A stretch of DNA of 64,000 nucleotides. Source: Trichoplax adhaerens (taxonomy: Eukaryota; Animalia; Placozoa). The translations under genes were made by a program, and so were the position numbers. The stretch is taken from assembly GCF_000150275.1 (NCBI RefSeq), contig NW_002060943.1:9828209-9892208 (forward strand), in the 5' to 3' direction. Of the stretch, positions 22,840 through 34,100 are shown one piece after another; position 1 is the first letter of the stretch; every line of letters begins with the position of its first letter. The notes beneath the pieces are model-generated. The model did no database searches. It was not told the origin of the DNA and saw only the letters and a program-made list of their open reading frames with translations.

Positions 22840-23691
22840 TTAGCAGCCACAGCCATCAGACTTTGGAGTTTCGCTGTTATTAAGTTTAATCGGATCGGGA
22901 AAATCGTTATACACAGATACATCAGATTCTCTTGCCAAGGCATTTTTAGCGATAGTCTGGAAAGCTTGCTCCACATTAATTGCTTCCTTAGCACTTGTTT
23001 CAAAATAAGGAATGTTGTTCTTAGATGTGCACCAATTTTGAGCTCTCTTCATTGTGACCTAGAACAGTATATTATAAGAAATTCGTTAGCCACCCAGATA
23101 CCAAGTTTTGTCAACAGCTTAAGAGATGAGGGTCTTACAGCACGATTCTCTAGGTCAACTTTGTTTCCTAACACGACGAAAGGAAAGTTTTCGGAATCAC
23201 GAGGGCTTGCTTGAATTAGAAATTCATCCCTCCAACCATCTAACGATTTAAAAGAATTTGCGACAGTTACATCGAAAACCAACACGCAGCAATCAGCCCC
23301 ACGATAAAATGCCACTCCCAGACTCTGAAATCTTTCCTGTCCAGCTGTATCCCATATCTATCGGATAAGAAAATATACTTAAGAAATAATAATTAAAACC
23401 TTGATATCACGAAAGAATCTAACTGTAATACTAACTTGCATTGTCACTAATCGATCATCAACCATAACTTCTTTAGTTAAAAAATCTGCACCAATTGTTG
23501 CCTTATATTGATTACTGAACTTTTTATTGACATACTGATTCATCAAAGAAGTTTTACCAACACTATTTGATGAAAACAAAAAGATGAGAAAATTGCTTTA
23601 TAAACGCAACAACTAATTAAAATTCTTGATGGACGTACCCGCTATCGCCTAAAATGATAACCTTTAATAGAACTTTCTTTCTAGATGCCAT
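22840..23691 (-). CDS. RAB7: Ras-related protein Rab7, 205 aa; exons 23639-23691, 23436-23562, 23139-23357, 22840-23058
   Basis: [50 protein letters not shown]...[23 protein letters not shown]...GNKVDL...[14 protein letters not shown]; C-terminal CGC prenylation motif. Confidence 0.98.
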
Positions 23692-23749
23692 CTTGCGGAG
23701 CGGTCTCTAACATGGTTATAAAACGAAATAAATTCGTATAATGCACTGC

Positions 23750-25855
23750 ACAGTATACGAAAGTTACATAGACATACTGTATAGTAATGCAACGTACGTA
23801 CTGTACTGTACAGTACATTTAGTGTCGTATCAGTCGTACAGTACAGTACTGTACATATCGCACAGTGAAAACGACAGTGAAGTGTTAAGTGCTAAGGAGG
23901 AAGTACTGTACGTTACAGTAAAGTAAAAGTCTAAAAACTTATATGGATTCACGCTGCGATTTGATGCGCCGTGCTGTACTGTACAGTACAGCCGCTTTTT
24001 TTAGGTACTACTATTACAGTACAGTACTGCGTAAAGTTCAACTTCAAAACTCCAAAACAGCACTAAAACTATGTCTTTAATTATTTCGACTATCATCCAA
24101 CATTGCTGAACTAAGCCATATAATATTGAACGTGTAAAACCATATTGAGATACACTACAATATATTACGCACAGTTTATGTACAATATATCAAATTAATT
24201 ACAAAGATGTCTGTGCAACTGTATCATGATGAGTAACGAATTAAGAGCACTGTATTGGACTGCCATTGCTGTATGTAAAAAGAAAACAGTATGCGTACAG
24301 TCTTTGAAAATATCATACTGTACTTATTATCGGATTTAGTTTCATTGGTACAGAACTCAACGTAATATAAAGCTAAATCATGTGCCCACTCACTGGACAG
24401 TAAAAAGAATCCGTGATTATTTTAATTAGTGTTTAACAATTTAATATAGTACAGTATGAATTATGTAAAGCTTTAAACTGTCTACTGCGCTGCATCGTAC
24501 TGCACAACTAGAACGTTTAGTGTTTCCTTTGCAAATCCGAAAGTTAGCATGCAGCCATGCATGTACTGTACAGTACTGTTGTTACTAAAAGCTTTTTAAG
24601 AGTTACGCCAAAATAAGTGAAAGATAACGTTACAGTCAAATTAAGTCATAAACAAGAGTAAAAGTACATAAATTACGTTAATTACTGCTACTATAGATGA
24701 ACGGACACAAAGAACACACGTATACGCACTACATGGTACAAACCTTTCCTTCTTAAAGTGCTTAAACTCAGGTGCAAAAGTAAAATGGCGTTACTCTAAT
24801 AAATTGATCAAATCTTCTAAACTCTGGTTAAGAGCGCTACGTTGGTCTCGTGATTTTTATGACGTAATATAGTATAGTATAAGGATTTACCCGTAGTACA
24901 GGACTGTACTGTACATTGGTTTGGCCTGCAACCTTTGACGTGTACCGTACCAGTATGTACTGTACACTGTACTGTACACTAAGGGTCTCTACGATACTGT
25001 AACACTGTACTGTACTGTACAATTTAGCCTCGCTGTCATGCTGTCACAGAGTTGAAGTCCATTTTCAACTATGAAATACTGTACCCCGTACGGTCGGGCG
25101 TACGGTCGTGTGTAAAAACTTGGAATACAGTACTGTACTGTACTGTATTCTGTACAGTACTGTATTGTGTACTGTAGTCATACTGTACAATACAGTACAA
25201 AAACAGTACAGCGTACTGTACGTACAGTACAGTACTGTAGCTTTTTCCCTCTGGGCGAGCGGACTTTTTCTAGCCGATCCCTCGCTCTTGTGGATCTACG
25301 GTACTGTAATTTTTAACTGTACAGTACTGTACACTGTTCAGTACTATATTGTACTGTACTGTACTGTACAGATGGTTAGAAGTTGCCAAACTGTACCGTA
25401 CAGTACTGTACACTCAGTGTACTGTACAGTACATACTGTATCTTATCAACGTAACCACGCTACAGATGTACTGTACAGTACTGTACCAATACCTTACAGT
25501 ACTGTAGAGTGTAGACCCTTCAGATTTTGACTAAATGTTTAGAATCCTATGCTGAAACGTCTCAAACGATGGTAGTGTACAGTATTCGCTTACTAGAACT
25601 CATATACAAAATTGCAGGTAATTCTATAAAGATTTACAGTACCGTACCAATACCTTACAGTACTGTACTGTACAGTGTACACTAGTGTACTGTACAGTAC
25701 AGTAAGTCTAAGAAGTCCCTAGTACTGTACTGTACTGTACAGCGGCAGTACAGCTCAGTACTCTACTGTACTGTAGAGCGAGTGTACAGAATCTACTGTA
25801 CACATACAGTACTGTACAGTGCAACAGTAGAACTACGGTACAGCACAGTACACGC
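23750..25855. repeat. TA(CAG/CTG)TA arrays between the divergent Rab7 and TM-death-domain genes
   Basis: Dense at 23795-23855, 24890-25030, 25125-25510 and 25630-25855, ending just upstream of ATG 25871. Confidence 0.9.
25101..25127 (+). mobile_element. Second copy of the Tc1-like TIR remnant
   Basis: TACGGTCGTGTGTAAAAACTTGGAATA, 23/27 identical to 20845-20871 and followed directly by CAGTACTGTA arrays. Confidence 0.35.
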
Positions 25856-25870
25856 GTTGACGAGGCAGAT

Positions 25871-26967
25871 ATGGCTTCTCAATCTGGTGTTCGAAAAAGG
25901 CATTTAAATGAAAGACCAGCTGGTAGTATTTCTCCAGGTATTGCAAAATAATGATAAATAGCAGAAAAGTAGCCTTCCTTGATCACTGATCAGTCTTAAA
26001 AAGAAAATAATATCTACTGCGAAAGAGTTATTGGATTAGCATCGATACAAGTACTGGACTATATTAAAACACTATGTAAGACAATCACAAGTACTGTACA
26101 ATATGGTGGGTTTTTACTAAAAGACGGTTAACAGTACTTTTAGTGTTGACCCATGATATTTCAAATAAATTTTTAACTTTAACCTGTCAGTTTTATTTTA
26201 ATACGAATTTTATACCCTGCATATTTAAACAATGCCTGAAGATATACGGTAGATGATATACTGCTACTGCAGGAGCCTACTTTTGGTAGTTCCTGCTATT
26301 TTTAACTTTTACACAGACGATATGCTCATTCTGCAAACTACTGTACTGTAGACTCGTATACTGCTCTCGTTCGACTATTTTATTTTAAATATTAAATTAT
26401 AATCATAGATGAAAGCGCTTTCGACGAAACCAGACACAAAGTATTTGTCTGTATCTTTCTCCTTACTGGTATGGCGTTATTAGGATATTATGGATTTTAT
26501 GTAAATAATGATCGCAATGCATCTGACATGGATCTGCAACCTAAACTTCGTAAGTTAATGCTATAGAAAATCAATTTTATGAAGTATTAACTTTTAAACT
26601 TACAGTAAAATTTTGATTGGAGTAGCGCATGTGGAGTGATCCACAGAGAGTGCTGTATTGCATCGGATAGTGTAGTAAAACTTACGCACCTTGAATTATT
26701 TTGTGAATCAACTCATAAGGAACGTGCATTGGAATCATTTCAAAAGAGATCGGTAGGGATTGGCGAAAACTTGGTGAAGCGTTAAACTTCAGCGAAAATA
26801 ATTTGCAAGAGTTCGATAAAGAAACGTCTCACTTTACCAGAGCTTCTAAAATGCTAAAACAATGGCAACAAAGAGGCGATTCGATGACTGCAACACTGAA
26901 TAATCTAATACAAGCCTTAAGAAGCGCATCTAAGGCTGGATTGGCTGAAAAATGTGAAAATCTGTAG
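25871..26967 (+). CDS. Unnamed ~151-aa single-pass membrane protein with a C-terminal death domain; exons 25871-25937, 26409-26549, 26720-26967
   Basis: Phase-consistent splicing gives MASQSGVRKRHLNERPAGSISPDESAFDETRHK-VFVCIFLLTGMALLGYYGFYV-NNDRNASDMDLQPKLRTCIGIISKEIGRDWRKLGEALNFSENNLQEFDKETSHFTRASKMLKQWQQRGDSMTATLNNLIQALRSASKAGLAEKCENL*. IGRDWRKLG..LNFSE, MLKQWQQR and ATLNNLIQALR are death-domain signatures. The third-exon acceptor (AAG) is weak. The gene is absent from the ORF track. Confidence 0.8.
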
Positions 26968-28219
26968 AATATAGATCCAATCCTTCTGTTGATCATCAAA
27001 TGTAGTTTACAGTTAGTTGTAACCAACGAAATATTCGTAGTATATGTACTGTATTAACTTTAATAAAAGCTTAACATTTATAATGTCATTTACAGCAGAC
27101 ACTAATTACGACTGCAATTGATTGATTTACTACCTAGAAGTTGACGTATATGTAATAAGACAATTTGGGAAAAATCCAGAAGTAGTTATGTGATCCCTTA
27201 TTAACCGACTATGACGCGGGTATCCTTGTATCAGTCAGTATTGGATTAATTTAATAATAATTTTGTTATAAATGCTATAATCACGAAAATTACGCCGCAG
27301 GGCCGAGCAGTCTACACTTTCTGATGTAATACAATATCAAGATTACTTTAGATGCTTTTTATCTTCGTTATGAACTCTGATGCACAATTAACATGATCTT
27401 TCTCAACAATCCGTAACTGCTGGTACCTATTTTATATAACGACTCGAAGACAATGCTTCGACAGCTTTATAAGATAGCTATAGAATCAAATCAAATAACG
27501 AATATGCAAGATGACTCTCATAAAATTCGCAATCGTAAGAAAATTGTTACGATGCTTCATTTTACACCATAGCATTGGAACATTCCCAGCAATTACGTAT
27601 GATGGATTACCGTGAAGCTAATTAAATGTATGAGAACTACTACTATGCGTATAATTAAATAGTTTTAGCATCAAATTCACTATTATACTGTGAAATAGCG
27701 CGCTGAAATCAGCCTACCAGAGCATATCGGGACTACTAAAGTCTAGTCCCTGAGCATATCCAGCTGCAAATTGTATATTCTATACGCATCTTAACAGCTT
27801 AGATGTAATTGAGCTGTTATTTCCATCAGTAAGCAATGTAATAGTACCGCTTTCTAGGTTACGTAATAGGTTTGCGGCGATACTATGCTAATAAATTATA
27901 AAATTCATTAACTATAGCTATAATTATTTACGAGTTCGGCAAGCGTCATTTCTACCTCAAATTTCTAGGATGTCTTCTAAAATTTGTTTGACTCGTAAGC
28001 AGTAAGAAGTTAAAAATTTATATTTTACGAATAAAGCTTGATTTTGATGGTTAATACAGCACTGCATTATCGTAATTTATAGTTTATAGTATATGACACG
28101 CAATATTAATCCAAGTCGCACAGCAATACCAATTAACAGTTCATGAATTACGCCAGTATCATGTAAGTTCAAGCTCCTTATAGGTAATAACATTTAGCAA
28201 TTTTCAATAAAAATGAATA

Positions 28220-30740
28220 TTAAGTTGACTCCGTCGAAGCAGACATATCTGAAAAAAAATAAAATAAGGCTTTAAGTACTAAACAAATATAGTTCACTAT
28301 TGATTCTAAATTGCACAGTCTTTAGGTAAAAATGTAGCATAACTAAAGAATAAATAGAATTTGTTTTCCAGAATATATATACAGTAATCCATTTCGCTTG
28401 GCGAAAATTAAGCGTCGATAAAATAATAGCGACATAATTTTTAAATTCTATTAAATGCTTGACACGGCACTCATGCCGTGGAATTTACTGTAATGACATT
28501 GCTGTACGTAAGTTTAGTAACAAGTTGTTAATGAATGTTGGAATTATAAAATTACTGGACAAGAGTACACAAACCGGCAAAGTGCTGTAAATATTAGCCC
28601 AGAATTATTCATTTTTAGATCTCAGAATGTAGGAATACTACTTTTATTAGTTGATGTTAACCTCTATGTACAGTATATACTCTCGCAGAAATTCTCAACA
28701 GAATTAAGGGTAGCTTAGGAGGCGATTTTTGACAATAAAGAAATTCATAAATTTGAATTTGAGGAAGTGATTATGCTTAGCTGTAGTTGGAAGTAGTTCA
28801 TATGTTAATCTCAAATGCACAGTATAAACACTGCCTTTAAACTGAAAGCCACACAATGAACTGTACTACTTTTCACTGGTATATACTGTAGCAACCCACT
28901 TCTAGTATCTGATGTTATTAGGTTATCAACATTTCTTTATTCAATAGAAATGTTGTACAAAATTGATTACACTTACTCGTATCAATCTAACCATAAAATT
29001 AAGCTAGCTACATAGAGATGTAAAAGCGTATGGTACTAATATGTAAGAGTTTATCTCTTATTTTCATAAACTACAGTAGAAAACTTATTATTAACAGCTT
29101 ACAGTATACTAAATATTGAATACAAAAAGAGAAATTCTGTCGAAAAAATTACATTACTACAGCTAAAGTAGGAAATATCATAAAGTTTACTTATAGTACA
29201 CGCTGAAAATACGATAGCAAACCTAGCTCTTGATCTTTTCTAAGTTTGTCGCGCGTTTCAATGCGTTCAAGAGCCTTGTTTTTGGCCCAATTTCGTAATC
29301 TAGGAAGATGAAAATTATCGATTAGATTTTTAAATTTTAAGTTATCCGTAATCATTACGAATGTAATCAATCGAGACGGTTAAGTGTAAAATGTACACAC
29401 AATATAATAAGATAGTATAGAAAGTAGATTATACAACACGTCATACGTTGTGTCAGGTTTATAATGATAGCCTACTACTCCAAGAAGAAGACTAAGGCCT
29501 AAACCAAATACCCAGATATTTTCCCAGTCTTCCTTTTTGCGTAATTCACCCGGGCGACGAGGCTATAGCAAAGTTATTTTTATAACCATAATTAGTAGGC
29601 GTTGAATTTCGCAATTTTACTCGTATAATCATAATCGAGGAGCTACTGGTTCCACCATGCGATTAACTACAGTTATTGCAGCGGGCTAGTTGGTGTAAAG
29701 TAATGCGTAAGGACATACAGAATAATTTGCAATAAGGAAACAAATTTGGCAGAATTAATACGCGCTAGTTTCTTAAACGCTTATATAGTACATTGTGTTA
29801 TTTGTTAAATCTGGAACAAGCTGGTGTGCTATCAGTGGCTATTAGCGCAGTAATCATAAAAAACATAACTACTTCTCAGTAGTAGTATTTTTATTTTACT
29901 TTTACAAATTGATAATTACAGTTTAACAAGTAAAGTTAAGTTGGATTAATTAAAGATTCTGTAAAGAGAGTGGTTGTGCCATTATCTTTAATTGATCCGT
30001 AAAGTTTAGAAGTAAAATTTAACGACTCAATTCGATTTCACTTAATCTACAATCGTAGCTTTTAAAGTATGTACGAGTACTGTACAGTACATCACGTTAC
30101 ACTCAGTTTAAATAAATAATATTTATGAGATCGATCAACATCAGCATTACCTTAAATTCAGTAAATAGTATAGGTCTAATTTTTTCATTATTAAAAATAC
30201 GTATTATCTGATACCTAAATGTTGACTGAATATTGAACTTTTTCAGATTTTTTGTTGTATTATTTCACTGCATAAATGCATTTACATATTTAAAAGTGAG
30301 CCCACCGCAGGTTGCAAAAATCTTCAAAAAACGTTGGTGAAAAGCTCTATAATCTATATGTTCTCCTGTTTCTAGTAGTACCGTGTTGCCAGCTTGCAAA
30401 AATCTTCAAAAAGACATCACTGAACCGCTCTATATGCTCTTCTTTCTCTAGTAGTTCTATGCAATGATATAGAGCTGTTTCCGAAATGTCTTCCTGAGGA
30501 TTTTTACAAGCTAGGCCCCTGTATGGCTGCAGTGTAGTACACTGTAAACTCCACTGTCACTACAAGAGGATTTCTGCATGTCACAGTTTAAATTGTACGA
30601 TTACGTTATAATTTACAAGAATATATTACCTTCTCATTAAATAAGAAACCATTTGGCTTCTCAGCGATGCGCCTAACTGAGGAAACCAGCACGTTGTAAG
30701 ATTTTGTCTTTCTGATAACAGTTGATATTCCAAAAACCAT
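28220..30740 (-). CDS. NDUFB11: NADH:ubiquinone oxidoreductase ESSS subunit (NDUFB11), ~110 aa; exons 30630-30740, 29447-29562, 29223-29299, 28220-28248
   Basis: MVFGISTVIRKTKSYNVLVSSVRRIAEK (presequence-like) PNGFLFNEKPRRPGELRKKEDWENIWVFGLGLSLLLGVVGYHYKPDTTLRNWAKNKALERIETR.... PxGxLF, EDWExIW, the TM segment and YKPDT..WA...A..R match the ESSS family. Confidence 0.85.
30381..30521. mobile_element. MITE-like foldback in NDUFB11 intron 1, flanked by TA, with an extra partial direct copy at 30311-30380
   Basis: 30391-30435 agcttgcaaaaatcttcaaaaagacatcactgaaccgctctatat versus the reverse complement of 30467-30512, agcttgtaaaaatcctcaggaagacatttcggaaacagctctatat. TA at 30379-30380 and 30522-30523; the right end reads CAGGGGCC inward. 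Confidence 0.55.
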
Positions 30741-30809
30741 TGCGAATGCTTGGAAGTTTAAGAAGCGGTCAGAAATTGATAGGAGCCTTTTACTTACGGA
30801 AGTTTGGTT

Positions 30810-31110
30810 TACAGTACTGTAAGAAGGCACAAAGCATGTGTGAACGCCACGTACTGTACGGTACAGTCATTTCTGAAACTGTACTGTACTGTACAGTACT
30901 GTAGTGTACAGTACTGTATAGTACACCAGACCATAAAGACCTCTAACTACTCCAATGAGATGACTTTCAGGAGTACTGTTTCATTCAGTATTTTAGTGCC
31001 GACTCGATTATTACCGTACTTTTTTTAAAATAATGGTAAAGCAACAGTTTAATGTGTACTGTACTGTACTGTACCATTGCACTGTACAGGTAGAAGATAC
31101 TGTACTGTAT
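30810..31110. repeat. TA(CAG/CTG)TA arrays in the NDUFB11/EEA1 bidirectional promoter
   Basis: For example ctgtactgtactgtacagtactgtagtgtacagtactgta at about 30879-30918. Confidence 0.85.
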
Positions 31111-31161
31111 TATCCTGGAGAATTTACTGGAGACTACGAATTAACTATTTTGATCTTTAAA

Positions 31162-34100
31162 ATGTTTCATAGATTCAGGAAGAAAAGAGAATTTGAGCAG
31201 GTTATTTTGTGCTTTATAACTGATTTTGCATTACTTTAAATCCTTACTGTACTATATCATTTAATTACTTTATTTTGGATTAAATGCATGAATGAAATAT
31301 TTCGCTTCATTTATAAATAAATGGGCGGATAGAACCCACAGCGCGTTTCCGAGCCTTCAGCACCAGCCGAAGCTACAGTAAGTGTTGTGTTTAATGACTA
31401 ATGACTATTGCATATCGTAAATATTGTAAATTTCGAAGCAAGTGGGTTAAATGATGTTTCATATTTACTTCATTATAAGTTATTATTGTAACTCAGAAAT
31501 AAAGTAAGCATATGCTGTATTATCTCAACATGGCTTTTGGTACATACAGTAGTAGTTTATCTGTACTGTACAGTACAGTAGATGCTGTGTACAATTAATA
31601 CCAAGATTAATATCTTGGTATTAATTTTCTCTAAAATGTACATGATCGTTGTGAATTTATGATGATGATAACAATATAACATAAGGGCTATTATTTAGGG
31701 CTTTATCTGCCCCCAATGCATGTCCTCTCACGCCGACGCTGGAGCTCTTGAAGCTCATTACCAACAAGAACACGGACATGGCAATAACTTGGAGGCTGCA
31801 AGTGACGTAAATATCCCTACTAATGTACGTGTATTTTCGACATTGCACATGTCTGCTTCAATACCATATCGCTAAATTTTAGTAAATTATCATAACTTAA
31901 TGTGTCCACTCAGCACTATAACAGATGTTTAATTACTATTATTAACTAGTAAATGATAAGTAATATTCTAATATATAATAAGATAAAAAGACATCTAATT
32001 TAACGAATACTAACAGTTAATTTAGTATCGGATTCCATTATCTACTTTTTATCACACTCATAAATTTGATAATTATATAATTAATGTAATTAATTGGTAA
32101 TTCGAGTAATATTTTTTGCACTATACTATTAAATAAATATCAGGAGAGCCTAAAAAGCTCAACACATCATCCAATTGTAGAACCTGTGACAAGAGATATT
32201 ACAAATATATCCAATGATGTCAAAACTGAGAATTTAATTTCTCTGGAAGATGAAAGTGTAAACTATAAATATCCCGCTCATGAAGAAATTAATCTTATCA
32301 ACGCAGAATTGAAGGATTTAACATTTTCATTAAAGGTATTGTAAATCGAAATGCAGTAAGCATAACTGTAAATGATGTCATGCTTATTGTGTAAGCCACA
32401 GAGGACAGACAACTTTACTTAAATCAAATACTATAAACATATGAATCGCTCAACATACTAGTATGCACGCGGTACAATTTAGATAATAATTGATCATATT
32501 ACCCAGCGTCTACTGTAATGTTACCTAATATTTTGTGTGATGGAATATACTCGTATATGGCGATGTATACGGTGTTTTTGTTTTCTTAACAACTGATCAC
32601 TGAATGCCCCATATGATAGTAAACGGTATCGTATTATTAATTGGCTTAACTGATATTATTTATGTTGTTAATGTATTACTCGTGCTGTATCAGGAAGAGA
32701 AATGTTATTCTGCAACCTTGCAAGAGGAAGTTGATAGATTAAACAGCGAAATATTAGAGAAAAATGCAAACATTAAAGAACTGATAACGCAACTAAATCA
32801 GTTACAAGAAAAACATACCCAGGAAAAAGAACTGACTGAGTTGTTTAAGGTCCAAGGTTGGTTAATCCGCTACTCTTTATAATCGCAACTTCGTTTATTA
32901 TTTGGTTTACTGCAGATAGAAATCTAGTATTCCTGCGTAAATGTATAACAGTCAATAAGTTCGTAATTAACGGTATAATATGTGATGTGAATAGGTATTT
33001 GTATAATATTACACTTATGACAACGTCACGCTGTTTTACTAAGTAAGCTATAATTCTTCTATTTGTATAAGCTCGAGATCATATAAGTAAGCTTACAGAT
33101 GAACTAGCAACATTAAGAATCAAAGCAAATGCTGAGATTTCGGCTGATTATTCTGTAAGCGATAGCAAAATAAAAGAATTGTCGAACGAATTGAAAGCTG
33201 AAAGAACATTAACGACTCAACTTGAACGGAAACTGAAGGAATCAGAGGTAGCCTTACATTTTTATCTTTGAATAACTATAGTTATAAAACGCACCTGTAC
33301 GTTCTTTGCAACTTAAGACTATATAACGTGTTCATTGTAATAAATTACTTATTTCAATAAAGTAATATATTTCAAAGTAAATATGTCATCACCATATAAA
33401 TTTGTTTATACGAGTAATGCTAGGTCTTATTTAAAGCTTTTCTTCATTGACAGGATGAAGTTTTTACTCAGTCACTAAAAATAACGAGTCTTCAAGAGAG
33501 TCTAAATAAAGAAACAAATGAAAATATTCAAGCTCAGTTAGATCTGAGTGAGAAAAATTCGGAACTGCTCAAAGAACGGTCTCAATTAAGTGATATGGAA
33601 GCCCGAGTAGGGTTGGTACAATCAAGGTTAGAGGAGGAAATGCAATTGTCGGAGGTGCTGAAACGTGAAAATAATCAGAACAAATTTGACATGGATGCTT
33701 GTCAGCGTCAAATAAATGATTTAACAAATGAAAGACTTAATTACTTGAAAGAGATAGAATCTCTAAGAAACCAGTTTACCTATGGAAATGCCTTAGATGA
33801 TTTTGGTTCTAAATATTCGTCATACAAGGCAAATGAGGATAATAAAAGGTTGGCAAGGTCTGTATTTCAGAGTCTTACGCGATATCGAGTTAATTATCTA
33901 ATGGATATACTGTAGCAGCGCATTGTTTGTACTATTAAACTCTGTTATAGGTATACAGTTGATACAGAATTAAATATTATTGAACGTGTTCGTGTATTTA
34001 GTAATACAGAATTAAGAACAAAGGGCATTTCAGAAAGCATTATTGATAAACCTGTCATGGATGTTAATTCTACAAGTCTTCTCAAACCTGAAATCGAAGC

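Noticed and set aside
22819-23214. 131-aa plus-strand ORF
   Set aside because: Antisense shadow of Rab7 exons with no recognisable features.
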